The position numbers and the translations under genes were made by a program. A DNA stretch of 32,526 nt from Campylobacterales bacterium (GTDB taxonomy: Bacteria; Campylobacterota; Campylobacteria; Campylobacterales; Arcobacteraceae): contig JAIELU010000185.1 in NCBI GenBank assembly GCA_019752775.1, forward strand, positions 1 to 32,526. Direction: 5' to 3'. The notes under the pieces are model-generated. The model was given only the letters and a program-made list of their open reading frames with translations, made no database searches and was not told the origin of the DNA. Below are positions 1-9,870 of the stretch, piece by piece; positions within the stretch are counted from its first letter, which is position 1; the number at the start of each line of letters is the position of its first letter.

Positions 1-240
1 ATTGTTGTTATGGCCGCTGGCTTACGACCAAATCTATCTTGGAATCCACTGGAAGATATGACAACGGTTACTGTTACGATTGTTAATTCACTTGTTGGAG
101 ATTTTGAATTTAATTCGCCTGAAACACTTTCAGCATTTGCATTAGGATTAATTTTATTTGTAGTGACCTTGATTCTAAATATGATTTCATTATCTCTTAT
201 TAGAAAATTCAAAGAAAAATATAAAGTGAATACATTATGA
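1..240 (+). CDS. pstC: Phosphate ABC transporter permease PstC, 3' end only (truncated by window edge)
   Basis: Frame is open from base 1 (IVVMAAG...). C-terminal TM helix 'AFALGLILFVVTLILN' is typical of PstC, and the gene overlaps the pstA start (ATGA). Confidence 0.9.
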   Translation: MVVMAAGLRPNLSWNPLEDMTTVTVTIVNSLVGDFEFNSPETLSAFALGLILFVVTLILNMISLSLIRKFKEKYKVNTL

Positions 241-1424
241 TTAAAAGAAAAAAAGAAAAACAAAACAATAATCCATTTTATGATTCAACACTAAAAAAAA
301 GACATGCAAGTGCGGCTAGATTTAAAAAGTTTACTTTAACTTCATTGCTTTTTTCTATTGCTTTTTTATCATTTTTCTTATTTGATATTGTTGGAAAAGC
401 AATTCCTGCTTTTAAAGTGGCTTACATTCAAACAGAAGTTACATTTAATGAAAAATCTTTAGATGATACAAGATTTGCCGTTGATAAAAAATATAGAGAC
501 TTAGTTTCAAGAGCATGGCTTAGAGATATTCCATCATTACTTAAAGAAAATCCAAATTTTATGAATACGACCATAACTACTTGGGTTTTAGTAGATGATC
601 AAGTTGATCAATATTTAAAAGGTCACCACCATAAACTAAAAGAAAATGAAATAATTTTTGTGGAAGATTTACTTTCTCAAGGATTAATTAAAAATAAATT
701 TAATGCTATTTTCTTTACAAAAGGTGATTCAAAAATCCCTGAATATGCAGGTCTTTATTCAGCAATAATTGGTTCTGTTCTTACTTTGATAATTACAATG
801 ATTGTGGCTTTTCCAATTGGAGTAATGACAGCTATTTATTTAGAAGAGTTTTCAAGTGATAATAAATTTACAAGATTTATAGAAATAAATATCAATAATC
901 TAGCAGCAATTCCATCTATTTTATTTGGTCTTTTAGGACTGGCTATATTTATAAATTTATTCGGAATGCCACGAAGTTCACCATTAGTTGGAGGTTTAAC
1001 ACTTGCACTTATGACTTTACCTATTATTATTGTTAGTTCACGAGCAGCTCTTCGAGCCGTACCTGATAGTATAAGACAAGCAGGTTATGGGTTAGGGCTT
1101 AATAAAATTCAAGTGACTCGTGACCATGTTTTACCACTTGCCTTTCCAGGAGTTTTAACAGGTTCAATTATTGGTTTAGCTCATGCAATGGGAGAAACAG
1201 CTCCTTTGATTATTATAGGAATGATAGCCTTTATTCCTGATGCTCCAACGATGGTAACACAAGCTGCAACTGTTATGCCAGCACAATTATTTACTTGGGC
1301 TGGAATGCCTGAGGGAATGTATATAGAAAAAACAGCAGCTGGAATTGTGGTTTTATTAACAATTCTAATTTCATTAAATACAGTTGCAATAATTTTGCGA
1401 AAAAAATTCGAAGTAAAATGGTAA
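237..1424 (+). CDS. pstA: Phosphate ABC transporter permease PstA
   Basis: 'AIYLEEF', '[14 protein letters not shown]', EAA-like loop '[17 protein letters not shown]', 'MGETAPL'; pst operon context. Confidence 0.95.
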   Translation: MIKRKKEKQNNNPFYDSTLKKRHASAARFKKFTLTSLLFSIAFLSFFLFDIVGKAIPAFKVAYIQTEVTFNEKSLDDTRFAVDKKYRDLVSRAWLRDIPSLLKENPNFMNTTITTWVLVDDQVDQYLKGHHHKLKENEIIFVEDLLSQGLIKNKFNAIFFTKGDSKIPEYAGLYSAIIGSVLTLIITMIVAFPIGVMTAIYLEEFSSDNKFTRFIEININNLAAIPSILFGLLGLAIFINLFGMPRSSPLVGGLTLALMTLPIIIVSSRAALRAVPDSIRQAGYGLGLNKIQVTRDHVLPLAFPGVLTGSIIGLAHAMGETAPLIIIGMIAFIPDAPTMVTQAATVMPAQLFTWAGMPEGMYIEKTAAGIVVLLTILISLNTVAIILRKKFEVKW

Positions 1425-1438
1425 TAAGGAAAAATATA

Positions 1439-2212
1439 ATGATAGAAAATGATAATAAAACAAAAATAGCAGTAAAAAATCTGAACTTATATTATGGGGT
1501 AAATCAAGCACTTTTTGATATTTCTGCAAATTTATATGAAAATAAAATCACAGCACTTATTGGACCATCTGGTTGTGGAAAATCTACATTTTTAAGATGT
1601 GTAAATAGAATGAATGATTTAATTCCAATAGTAAAAATTGATGGTTCAATAATAATTGATAATAAAAATATTTATGATAAAGATGTTGATGAAGTAAGTG
1701 TTAGAAAAAAAATCGGAATGGTATTTCAACAACCAAATCCTTTTCCAAAATCAATTTATGACAATGTATCTTACGCTCCACTAAAACATGGAATCGTAAA
1801 AAAAGGAAGAGATTGCGATGAACTAGTTGAACTTTCACTAATTAAATCTGGACTTTGGAATGAAGTAAAAGATAAATTAAACCAACCAGGAACTTCACTT
1901 TCAGGAGGACAACAACAAAGATTATGTATTGCAAGAACCATTGCCATTAAACCAGAAGTTATTTTAATGGATGAACCAACAAGCGCACTTGACCCAATTT
2001 CAACAGAAAAAATAGAAGCTTTAATGCTTGAATTAAAACAAGATTACACAATCATAACTGTTACACATAATATGCAACAAGCTGCACGTGTGGCTGATTA
2101 TACAGCATTTTTTCACTTAGGAAAACTAATAGAATACGATGAAACACAAACTATTTTTGTTAACCCACACAATAAAAAAACAGAAGATTATATTACAGGA
2201 AGGTTCGGATAA
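1439..2212 (+). CDS. pstB: Phosphate ABC transporter ATP-binding protein PstB
   Basis: Walker A GPSGCGKS, '[15 protein letters not shown]', [18 protein letters not shown]-terminal 'YITGRFG'. Start moved from 1418 to ATG 1439 because AAGGA at 1426-1430 precedes it. Confidence 0.96.
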   Translation: MIENDNKTKIAVKNLNLYYGVNQALFDISANLYENKITALIGPSGCGKSTFLRCVNRMNDLIPIVKIDGSIIIDNKNIYDKDVDEVSVRKKIGMVFQQPNPFPKSIYDNVSYAPLKHGIVKKGRDCDELVELSLIKSGLWNEVKDKLNQPGTSLSGGQQQRLCIARTIAIKPEVILMDEPTSALDPISTEKIEALMLELKQDYTIITVTHNMQQAARVADYTAFFHLGKLIEYDETQTIFVNPHNKKTEDYITGRFG

Positions 2213-2880
2213 TGTTAAGACCATACGAAATAAAATTACAAAATATAAAAGAAGAAATATCAAAAATCGGTATTGATGTTGTTAATTCACTAGAATTATC
2301 TTTAAGAGCTTTAGAAGATAAAAAGATTGATGATTTAAAAAATGTTGACTTAACAGAAAAAAAATTATTGTTAAGATCGAATGAAATTGATAATATTATA
2401 GTTACAACTTTGGCTTTATATTCACCAGAAGCTAAAGATTTAAGACAGTTGGTTTCTTACTTAAAAATTACAAATGAATTAGTAAGAACAGGTTCAAATG
2501 CTAAAGATTTTGCAAAAATGTTCAAAAAATCTTATTCAGATGATTTAAATACAAATATGATTTTAGAATATGCCGTTCCATTATTGAAATCAGCACTTTT
2601 ATCTCTTCAAACATCTATTTCAATACTTGATGAAACAAATGCAAACCATATTGAAGAGAAATATCACAGAGTAATAGTTGAAGAAAGTAAAACTGATGAT
2701 TTATATTTAATGATTGAAAAAAATATTCTAAAATTGATTTCAAAAAACCTTGATTTATCAAAAGAGTATTTTGATATATTAAGTGCTTTGCGAAGACTTG
2801 AAAAAATTGCTGATCGTGCTGTTTCTATTGCTAATTTGTTGCATTTCGCTCAAGTTGGCGGTGACATGGTACAATCATGA
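2212..2880 (+). CDS. phoU: Phosphate signalling/uptake regulator PhoU
   Basis: Two helical repeats with 'PEAKDLR' and 'LEKIADRAVSIA'; directly after pstB (TAATG overlap). Confidence 0.9.
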   Translation: MLRPYEIKLQNIKEEISKIGIDVVNSLELSLRALEDKKIDDLKNVDLTEKKLLLRSNEIDNIIVTTLALYSPEAKDLRQLVSYLKITNELVRTGSNAKDFAKMFKKSYSDDLNTNMILEYAVPLLKSALLSLQTSISILDETNANHIEEKYHRVIVEESKTDDLYLMIEKNILKLISKNLDLSKEYFDILSALRRLEKIADRAVSIANLLHFAQVGGDMVQS

Positions 2881-2886
2881 TATTTA

Positions 2887-2895
2887 TGTTATAAT
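2887..2895 (+). promoter_or_regulatory. Extended -10 sigma70 promoter (TGTTATAAT) upstream of the psiE-like gene
   Basis: Exact TGnTATAAT match ending 6 nt before ATG 2902. Confidence 0.65.
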
Positions 2896-2901
2896 TTTAC
2901 C

Positions 2902-3351
2902 ATGAAAAAAGCTATAAATAAAATCAAAAACTACTTCAGTACAAACTTTGAAGTCCTTGCAGCAACGATTATTTTACTAATTATATTAATTTCTAGCATT
3001 GACTTTTACAAAGCAATTATTCTTATGTTAGAGTTTATAGTTATCATGGAAGTTGTAAAAATGGTCTCTGATTTTATCAAAAAAGAGACTTTGCGACTTA
3101 GATATGTTATTGATATTTTTGTTATATTTTTAATTCGTGATGTAATTATTTTAACTACAAATAAAAATAGAGACTATTTTGATATTACATTTTTACTTTT
3201 TGTAATTTTTGTATTTTTTATATTCAGAATTCTGGCTATTAAATTTTCACCAGGGATTATAAAAATCTCAAAAGATACAGTAATTGAATACGAAGATGAA
3301 AGACCAAATAAAAAAGTTATAACAACAAAAGAGTCAAATTCTGATGAATAA
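2902..3351 (+). CDS. Phosphate-starvation-inducible PsiE-family membrane protein
   Basis: About four hydrophobic segments; 'LRYVIDIFVIFLIRDVII' resembles the PsiE-family motif; lies within the pho locus. Confidence 0.7.
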   Translation: MKKAINKIKNYFSTNFEVLAATIILLIILISSIDFYKAIILMLEFIVIMEVVKMVSDFIKKETLRLRYVIDIFVIFLIRDVIILTTNKNRDYFDITFLLFVIFVFFIFRILAIKFSPGIIKISKDTVIEYEDERPNKKVITTKESNSDE

Positions 3352-4018
3352 TAAATTAATTTTAATAGTAGAAGATGAAGAAGATATTTTAGAACTTCTT
3401 GAATACACTCTTCAAAAAGAGGGTTATGAAACAATTGGTTTTTTAAAAATTGATAAAAATGTAAGAAATGTTTTAAATGAAGAACAAATTGATTTAATTT
3501 TAATGGATAGAAATCTTCCTGGAATTGAAGGAACTTCATTTATAAATGAAATAAAACAACAAGGATATACAAATCCTGTTATTTATGTAACTGCTAAAGA
3601 TAAAGACGAAGATATTATTGATGGCTTTGATAATCATGCAGATGATTATATTACTAAACCCTTTAACATAAAAGAGTTGTGTGCCAGAATAAAAGCAGTT
3701 ATAAAAAGAAGTTCAAAAGATGTAGATGTTTTAAAAGTAAAAGATATTGTATATAAATCTTCAAATAAAAAATTTTATATTGATAATGAGGAAATTGACT
3801 TAACCCATCTTGAACATGATTTATTACTTGAATTTATTAAAAATAAAGATATTTTACTTTCAAGAGAACACTTACTAAATAGCGTTTGGCAAGATTCTTT
3901 TGAAAAAAAAGAAAAAACTGTAAATGTTGCCATCAAAAGATTAAAAGCAAAAATAGACCCAAATGCAAAAAAAGAATATATTCGTTCAATTAGAGGGGAA
4001 GGTTATATTTTTTGTTAA
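3344..4018 (+). CDS. OmpR/PhoB-family response regulator (PhoB-like)
   Basis: Receiver 'IVEDE', 'LMDRNLPG', 'ADDYITKPF'; winged helix 'TVNVAIKRLKAKI...IRGEGY'; pst context. Confidence 0.92.
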   Translation: MNNKLILIVEDEEDILELLEYTLQKEGYETIGFLKIDKNVRNVLNEEQIDLILMDRNLPGIEGTSFINEIKQQGYTNPVIYVTAKDKDEDIIDGFDNHADDYITKPFNIKELCARIKAVIKRSSKDVDVLKVKDIVYKSSNKKFYIDNEEIDLTHLEHDLLLEFIKNKDILLSREHLLNSVWQDSFEKKEKTVNVAIKRLKAKIDPNAKKEYIRSIRGEGYIFC

Positions 4019-5397
4019 AGATTCATCAACTTTTTCTTAGAACCTACATTGCAATATTTTTAGTTATTCTTCTAACCTTAAGCATTATTACTTATTTTTG
4101 GTCAAAAAATATTTATATAAATCAGGTTGAAAAAAATCTACTTCAAAATATTGAGACTTTATCTATTGTTTTTAAAAATGAAAATAATCTTGGAAATACT
4201 TCTGAAATAATCCATGAATTACATGAAAAACTAAAACTTAGAATCACAATTATTGATGAACAAGGAGTTGTAATTGCAGATAGTGATAAAGAGTTATCTT
4301 TAATCAAAAATCATTTACATAGAAAAGAGATAATTGAAGCAAAAAACAACATCATTGGAAAAGATACTAGAAAATCTGAAACTATTGATAAAGAGTTATT
4401 GTATATTGCAAAAAAGATTACTATTTCAAATAAAATCTATTACATAAGAATGGCTGATTATATAAGTATTATCACCGATAATTTTATTAGTCTTACCTTT
4501 GGAATTTTTTTATTCATAACATTTTTTTTAATTATTGCTTTTTTAGCTACATATTTTATTAGTATTAGAGTCAAAAAAGAGACGGATAATATTCTTCATT
4601 TTTTAACTTTATTAGCTCACAAAAAGCCTTCTTTTATTTTAGATTCAAATTATACTTATGAGTTTTATAAAATTTCAAAATTATTAAATAAAGTTGCTAT
4701 TAAACTTTCAAAAAGAGAAAAGCAAAAAGCAAAACAAAACGCAAAATTAAAAATTGCAAATAAACAAAAAGATGAAATAATCTCTGCCATTTCCCATGAA
4801 TTTAAAAATCCTATTGCAATAATTTCAGGATATACTGAAACAATTTTAAATGATGAACAAATGCCACAACTTATGAAAACTAGATTTCTAAAAAAAATTT
4901 ATTCAAATGCCAATAAAATGTCTCATATCGTTGATAAATTAAGATTAACTCTTAAACTTGAAGAGGGGAAACAAGAACTAATTTTAATACCTTGTTCTAT
5001 GAAAAAATTAATTGAAACTTGCATTAGTGATTTAAAAGATAAGTATAAAAATAGAGAAATTATAATTCAAGGCGAAGATATAACTCTAAAAGTCGATGAA
5101 ACATTGATTTCTATGGCAATTTCTAACTTAATCGAAAATGCTTTAAAATACTCAGAAGATGAAATAATTGTAAATATTTCACAAAATTCTATTTGTGTCA
5201 TAGATAAAGGTATTGGTATTGAAGAAAAAGAGTTGGAAAAAATAAACCAGAAATTTTATAGAATTTCAAATAATGGGTGGAATAACTCTCTTGGATTGGG
5301 ACTTTTCATAGTACAATCTGTCCTATCTTTGCACAACTTTACCCTAAAAATAGACTCTGATTTTAAAAATGGTTCACAATTTTCAATAAATTATTAA
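4012..5397 (+). CDS. Sensor histidine kinase (PhoR-like)
   Basis: TTG start, two TM helices, H-box SHEFKNP, N-box NLIENALKYS, G1 DKGIGI, G2 SLGLGL. Confidence 0.92.
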   Translation: MLKIHQLFLRTYIAIFLVILLTLSIITYFWSKNIYINQVEKNLLQNIETLSIVFKNENNLGNTSEIIHELHEKLKLRITIIDEQGVVIADSDKELSLIKNHLHRKEIIEAKNNIIGKDTRKSETIDKELLYIAKKITISNKIYYIRMADYISIITDNFISLTFGIFLFITFFLIIAFLATYFISIRVKKETDNILHFLTLLAHKKPSFILDSNYTYEFYKISKLLNKVAIKLSKREKQKAKQNAKLKIANKQKDEIISAISHEFKNPIAIISGYTETILNDEQMPQLMKTRFLKKIYSNANKMSHIVDKLRLTLKLEEGKQELILIPCSMKKLIETCISDLKDKYKNREIIIQGEDITLKVDETLISMAISNLIENALKYSEDEIIVNISQNSICVIDKGIGIEEKELEKINQKFYRISNNGWNNSLGLGLFIVQSVLSLHNFTLKIDSDFKNGSQFSINY

Positions 5398-5472
5398 TAT
5401 ACACTTAATTTAAGCGTAAATTAATAATTACTACACTATTATTGCACCTCATTAAAAAAGCGGAGAAAATAA

Positions 5473-5892
5473 ATGAAATTTACTCAAATGGCACATGCTA
5501 ACGAAATCGAAAGAAATTGGATAGTAGTTGATGCAACTGATAAAATATTCGGAAGAATTATTACAGAAGTTGCTACTATCTTAAGAGGGAAAAACAAACC
5601 TTGTTTTACACCAAATGTAGACTGCGGAGATTTTGTTGTTATTATAAATGCATCAAAAGCAAGATTTTCTGGTAAAAAATTAGAAAGTAAAAATTACTTT
5701 ACACACTCAGGTTATTTTGGTAGTACAAAAACTCACAAAATGTCTGAAATGTTTGAAAAAAATCCAGAAAAATTATACAAACTAGCTACTAGAGGTATGC
5801 TTCCAAAAACAACTCTTGGAAAAGGTATGTTAAAAAAATTAAAAGTATATGCAGGAAGTGAACATCCTCATACTGCGCAAATTAAAGGATAA
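5473..5892 (+). CDS. rplM: 50S ribosomal protein L13
   Basis: 'WIVVDA', '[24 protein letters not shown]', 'RGMLPK', '[12 protein letters not shown]'. Confidence 0.99.
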   Translation: MKFTQMAHANEIERNWIVVDATDKIFGRIITEVATILRGKNKPCFTPNVDCGDFVVIINASKARFSGKKLESKNYFTHSGYFGSTKTHKMSEMFEKNPEKLYKLATRGMLPKTTLGKGMLKKLKVYAGSEHPHTAQIKG

Positions 5893-5897
5893 GAGTA

Positions 5898-6287
5898 ATG
5901 GCAAAAGTATATGCAACTGGAAGAAGAAAAACAGCTGTAGCAAAAGTATGGCTAGAAAATGGTAATGGTCAATTAACAATCAATGGTCAAACTCTTGACG
6001 CTTGGTTAGGTGGACATGAATCAATTAAAAAAAGAGTTATGCAACCATTAAATGTTGCGAAACAAGAAACTTCTGTAAACATTATTGTAAAAACTCTTGG
6101 TGGTGGTTATTCAGCGCAAGCTGATGCTGCTAGACATGGGATTTCAAGAGCATTAGTTGCTTTTGATGAACAATTTAGAGCTATCTTAAAACCTTATGGT
6201 TTATTAACTAGAGATTCAAGATCAGTTGAAAGAAAAAAATTCGGAAAGAAAAAAGCAAGAAAATCTTCTCAATTCTCAAAAAGATAA
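5898..6287 (+). CDS. rpsI: 30S ribosomal protein S9
   Basis: '[12 protein letters not shown]', '[19 protein letters not shown]', '[13 protein letters not shown]...QFSKR'; follows rplM. Confidence 0.99.
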   Translation: MAKVYATGRRKTAVAKVWLENGNGQLTINGQTLDAWLGGHESIKKRVMQPLNVAKQETSVNIIVKTLGGGYSAQADAARHGISRALVAFDEQFRAILKPYGLLTRDSRSVERKKFGKKKARKSSQFSKR

Positions 6288-6325
6288 TTTTTGGAATTCA
6301 AAAGAGAAATGCTTTTCTTTTTATC

Positions 6326-6356
6326 AAAAGGAGCGACGAAAGTTGCTCCTTTTTTT
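6326..6356 (+). terminator. Rho-independent terminator of rplM-rpsI
   Basis: aaaaggagcgac-GAAA-gttgctcctttt stem-loop (one G-U pair) followed by a T run. Confidence 0.9.
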
Positions 6357-6391
6357 ATGCATTATTATATAAAAAGACTATACAATACCCT

Positions 6392-7894
6392 ATGAAATTT
6401 TTAACCTATTACTTATTACTACTTACATATTTAAGCGCAAGCTCTTTAAATTTATCAATGTCTTCAAGTCCTAGTAGACTAAATCCAATATTAGCAAATG
6501 ACACGGCAAGTAGCGAAATATCTGATTGGCTTTTTAATGGTTTGTTTAAATATGACAAAAATGGAAATCCGACTGTTGAATTAGCAAAATCTTATAATTT
6601 TGAAACTCCAAGAAAATTAATCATAAAATTAAGAGACGATGTCCTTTGGCATGATAATGTAAAACTTACATCAAAAGATATTATTTTTACCTATGAAAAG
6701 ATTATTGACCCAAAAGTATTTAATTCTATTAAATCAAATTTTCAAGAAGTTCAAAGTGTAAAAGCATTAGATGAGTACACAATTGAAGTTATATATAAGA
6801 ATCCTTATTTTAAGGCACTTGAAACTTGGATGGTTGGAATTCTTCCTTATCATATTTTAAAAGATGAAAAAGATTTAATGACAAGTTCATTTAATAAAAA
6901 TCCAATAGGAACAGGTTCTTATAAATTAAAAGAGTTTAAACAAGGTCAAGATATTGAACTTATCGCAAATGATAAATATTTTGACGGAAAACCAAAAATT
7001 GATAAGATTTTATATAAATTTCTTCCAGATCCAAATACTTCTTTTTTATATTTAAAACAAAAAAAATTAGACCTTGGTGGATTAGATCCTATTCAAGTTG
7101 ATAGGCAACTTGATGATAATTTTAAACACAATTATACAATCATGCAAAAACCAAGTTTTAGTTTTTCTTATTTAGGCTTTAATTTAAAAAATGAAAAGTT
7201 TAAAGATATTAGAATTAGACAAGCTTTATCTTTAGCAATTAATCGACAAGAGTTAGTTGACATTTTATTTTTTGGTTATGGAAAAGTTTGTAATGGTCCA
7301 TTTCTGCCAAATTCTTTTGCATATAATGAAGAAATAAAAACTATAACTCAAGATATTACTAAAGCAAAAGAACTTTTAAAGGATGCAGGTTACGATGAAA
7401 ATCATCCTTTTTCTTTTGAAGTAGTGACAAATACTGGAAATGATATACGGATAAATGCAGCTTTAATTTTACAATACCAACTACAAAAAGCTGGAATTAA
7501 AATGAATATTAGAGTTATGGAGTGGCAAGCATTTTTAAATACAGTTGTTCATCCAAGAAATTTTGAGGCTGTACTTCTTGGTTGGTCAATGGCGTTAATG
7601 CCTGATGCTTCTCCTATTTGGCACAGCTCAAGTAGTAAATTGGGTGGATTTAATTTCGTTTCTTATGCAAACCCTGAAATAGATAATTTAATTGAAAAAG
7701 GTAACAACACTGTAAATAGAGAGGAATTAGGGGAAATTTATAAAAATATTTTTAAAATTATAACTGATGATTTGCCATATTTATTCCTATATATTCCTGA
7801 TTCAGTCTCTGCTATAAATAAAAATATAAAAAATATTGAACCCTCTTTTGTAGGAATAATGCATAACCAAAAAGATTGGGAAATACAAGAATAA
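6392..7894 (+). CDS. Peptide/nickel ABC transporter substrate-binding protein (family 5)
   Basis: Signal peptide; 'LRDDVLWHD', 'PIGTGSYKL', 'RIRQALSLAINRQE', 'YANPEIDNLI'. Confidence 0.92.
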   Translation: MKFLTYYLLLLTYLSASSLNLSMSSSPSRLNPILANDTASSEISDWLFNGLFKYDKNGNPTVELAKSYNFETPRKLIIKLRDDVLWHDNVKLTSKDIIFTYEKIIDPKVFNSIKSNFQEVQSVKALDEYTIEVIYKNPYFKALETWMVGILPYHILKDEKDLMTSSFNKNPIGTGSYKLKEFKQGQDIELIANDKYFDGKPKIDKILYKFLPDPNTSFLYLKQKKLDLGGLDPIQVDRQLDDNFKHNYTIMQKPSFSFSYLGFNLKNEKFKDIRIRQALSLAINRQELVDILFFGYGKVCNGPFLPNSFAYNEEIKTITQDITKAKELLKDAGYDENHPFSFEVVTNTGNDIRINAALILQYQLQKAGIKMNIRVMEWQAFLNTVVHPRNFEAVLLGWSMALMPDASPIWHSSSSKLGGFNFVSYANPEIDNLIEKGNNTVNREELGEIYKNIFKIITDDLPYLFLYIPDSVSAINKNIKNIEPSFVGIMHNQKDWEIQE

Positions 7895-7920
7895 ATATAA
7901 TATTGAAGGATAATTAAAAT

Positions 7921-8574
7921 ATGGATAAAAATAAAATAATACTTTTTGATTTAGATGGAACACTAATAGACTCAACAGATGCAATAGTTTCGACATTTTA
8001 TCACTCTTTTAAAGAACTAAATTTTGATTTTAAAGGTGATGATGAAACTATTAAATCATTAATTGGTTACCCTCTTGATATTATGTACAAAGAATTAGGA
8101 GTTGAAGAATCAAAAATTTGGGATTTTGTTGATGCTTATAAAAATAGATATAAAATCATTTCAAAAAAACAAACTACACTTTTAAAAGATGCTTATGAAG
8201 CTATTTATGTAGCTTCTTTATTTGCAAGAGTTAGTGTTGTTACTACAAAAACAAGAATGTATACAATGCCTTTATTAGAGCATTTTAATATTGCTCAATT
8301 TTTTGAAATAATAACTGGAAGAGAAAATGTTCAAAATCCTAAACCACATCCTGAACCTATTTTAATTACACTTGAACAAATGAATTATGATAAAAATAAA
8401 CATACAGTTTGGATGATTGGAGATACAAAATTGGATTTAATTGCAGCAAATGAAGCAAATATAAATTCAATTGGTGTTTTATGTGGATATGGACAAGAAG
8501 AAGAGTTACTAAAATACACAAATATTATAAAACCTAATGCATTTAGTGCAATAAGTTACATTAAAAGCCTCTAG
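7921..8574 (+). CDS. HAD-family hydrolase (phosphoglycolate phosphatase-like)
   Basis: Motif I 'FDLDGTLIDS', motif II 'VVTTK', 'KPHPEP', motif IV 'IGDTKLD'. Confidence 0.9.
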   Translation: MDKNKIILFDLDGTLIDSTDAIVSTFYHSFKELNFDFKGDDETIKSLIGYPLDIMYKELGVEESKIWDFVDAYKNRYKIISKKQTTLLKDAYEAIYVASLFARVSVVTTKTRMYTMPLLEHFNIAQFFEIITGRENVQNPKPHPEPILITLEQMNYDKNKHTVWMIGDTKLDLIAANEANINSIGVLCGYGQEEELLKYTNIIKPNAFSAISYIKSL

Positions 8575-8800
8575 AATCATTAATAATAGCTTAATATTAT
8601 TAATTAATTAATATTTAACATTTAAAAACAAGTTTTTAATTCTATAATATTTTTATATTCATATTAGTCTATAATAATAGAAAATATTACGATAAAATAG
8701 TACTTTCTTTAATATGAATAATTTATTTAATTAATTTTTATTTCAAAAAAAATGATTTATCTATAATATAATGATAGTTAAATCAATAAATAAAAGTTCA

Positions 8801-8823
8801 TTTAAGCTAAAATTATTTATAAT
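8801..8823 (+). promoter_or_regulatory. Probable sigma70 promoter of the por operon
   Basis: TTTAAG at 8801 followed by TATAAT at 8818-8823; AAGGAG Shine-Dalgarno before ATG 8883. Very AT-rich context lowers confidence. Confidence 0.45.
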
Positions 8824-8882
8824 ACTAAAGACTAATTGAATTTTTTAAGTTAGATTTAATATTAATAATAAGGAGAGCCTCT

Positions 8883-9446
8883 ATGTTAGAAATTAGATGG
8901 CATAGCCGTGCAGGACAAGGTGCCGTTACAGGTGCAAAAGGTCTTGGTTCTGTTGTTGCTGAAACGGGTAAACAAGTTCAAGCTTTTGCTTTTTACGGTT
9001 CAGCTAAAAGAGGTGCGTCAATGACGGCTTATAATAGAATTGATGATAAACCAATTTTAAACCATGAAAAATATATGCAACCAGATTTTGTATTTATACT
9101 AGATCCAGGTCTAGCTATTACGGATAATATCACTGCAAATGGTAAAGATACAACAAAATATATAATAACTACACACTTACAAAAAAAAGAATTGATTTCT
9201 TTAGTTCCAACTTTACAAGGAATTGAAGATAGAGTATTCGTACTTGACTGTTTTCAAATTGCAAGAGATACTATAGGAAAAGCTATTCCAAATACTCCAA
9301 TGCTTGGTGCATTTATGAAAGTAAGCGGAATGTTTGAACTTGATTACTTCAAAGAGAAAATGAAAGGTGTACTAAAAAAGTTACCTCAAAATGTTATTGA
9401 CGCAAATATGATTGCAATCCAACGAGCTTACGATGAAGTTCATTAA
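8883..9446 (+). CDS. porC: Pyruvate:ferredoxin/flavodoxin oxidoreductase gamma subunit
   Basis: 'EIRWHSRAGQGAVTGA', 'YGSAKRGA', 'IPNTPMLGA'. Also named porG. Confidence 0.93.
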   Translation: MLEIRWHSRAGQGAVTGAKGLGSVVAETGKQVQAFAFYGSAKRGASMTAYNRIDDKPILNHEKYMQPDFVFILDPGLAITDNITANGKDTTKYIITTHLQKKELISLVPTLQGIEDRVFVLDCFQIARDTIGKAIPNTPMLGAFMKVSGMFELDYFKEKMKGVLKKLPQNVIDANMIAIQRAYDEVH

Positions 9447-9456
9447 AGGATAAAAA

Positions 9457-9870
9457 ATGAGTAAACCAATAAGTGAAATGGGATGGGATGAATTAGTACC
9501 TGGTGCTGCTTTATTCACATTTAACGGAGATATAAATTATAATATAGCAGATATTCAACCTGAAGATAGAATGTATTCAGAGACTAGTTCAAAAAGTATG
9601 AGTGTTGGAGACTGGAGAGTTATTAAACCAGTTTGGAATTCTGAAACATGTATTGACTGCCAAAATTGTTGGATATTCTGTCCAGATACATCTATTATTG
9701 CTAGAAATAAAGAGATGAAAGGTATTGATTACGAACACTGTAAAGGTTGTGGATTATGTGTAAGCGTTTGCCCTACAAATCCAAAATCACTTTTAATGTT
9801 TAATGAATACGAAACAGTTGAAGATGCACTTGGTAAATGGCCTGAGAAAAAGAAAAAAGGTGAAGAATAA
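9457..9870 (+). CDS. porD: Pyruvate:ferredoxin/flavodoxin oxidoreductase delta subunit (2x[4Fe-4S])
   Basis: 'GDWRVIKP', CIDCQNCWIFCP and CKGCGLCVSVCP motifs. Confidence 0.93.
   Translation: MSKPISEMGWDELVPGAALFTFNGDINYNIADIQPEDRMYSETSSKSMSVGDWRVIKPVWNSETCIDCQNCWIFCPDTSIIARNKEMKGIDYEHCKGCGLCVSVCPTNPKSLLMFNEYETVEDALGKWPEKKKKGEE

Noticed and set aside
3174-3539. 121-aa minus-strand ORF
   Set aside because: Antisense to the psiE-like and response regulator genes; no recognisable motif.
7802-7996. 64-aa minus-strand ORF
   Set aside because: Antisense to two well-supported genes.
8771-8787. FNR- or Fur-like site (atgatagttaaatcaat) upstream of por
   Set aside because: Spacing is TGAT-N6-ATCA rather than the FNR TTGAT-N4-ATCAA, and the match to the Fur 7-1-7 box is poor.
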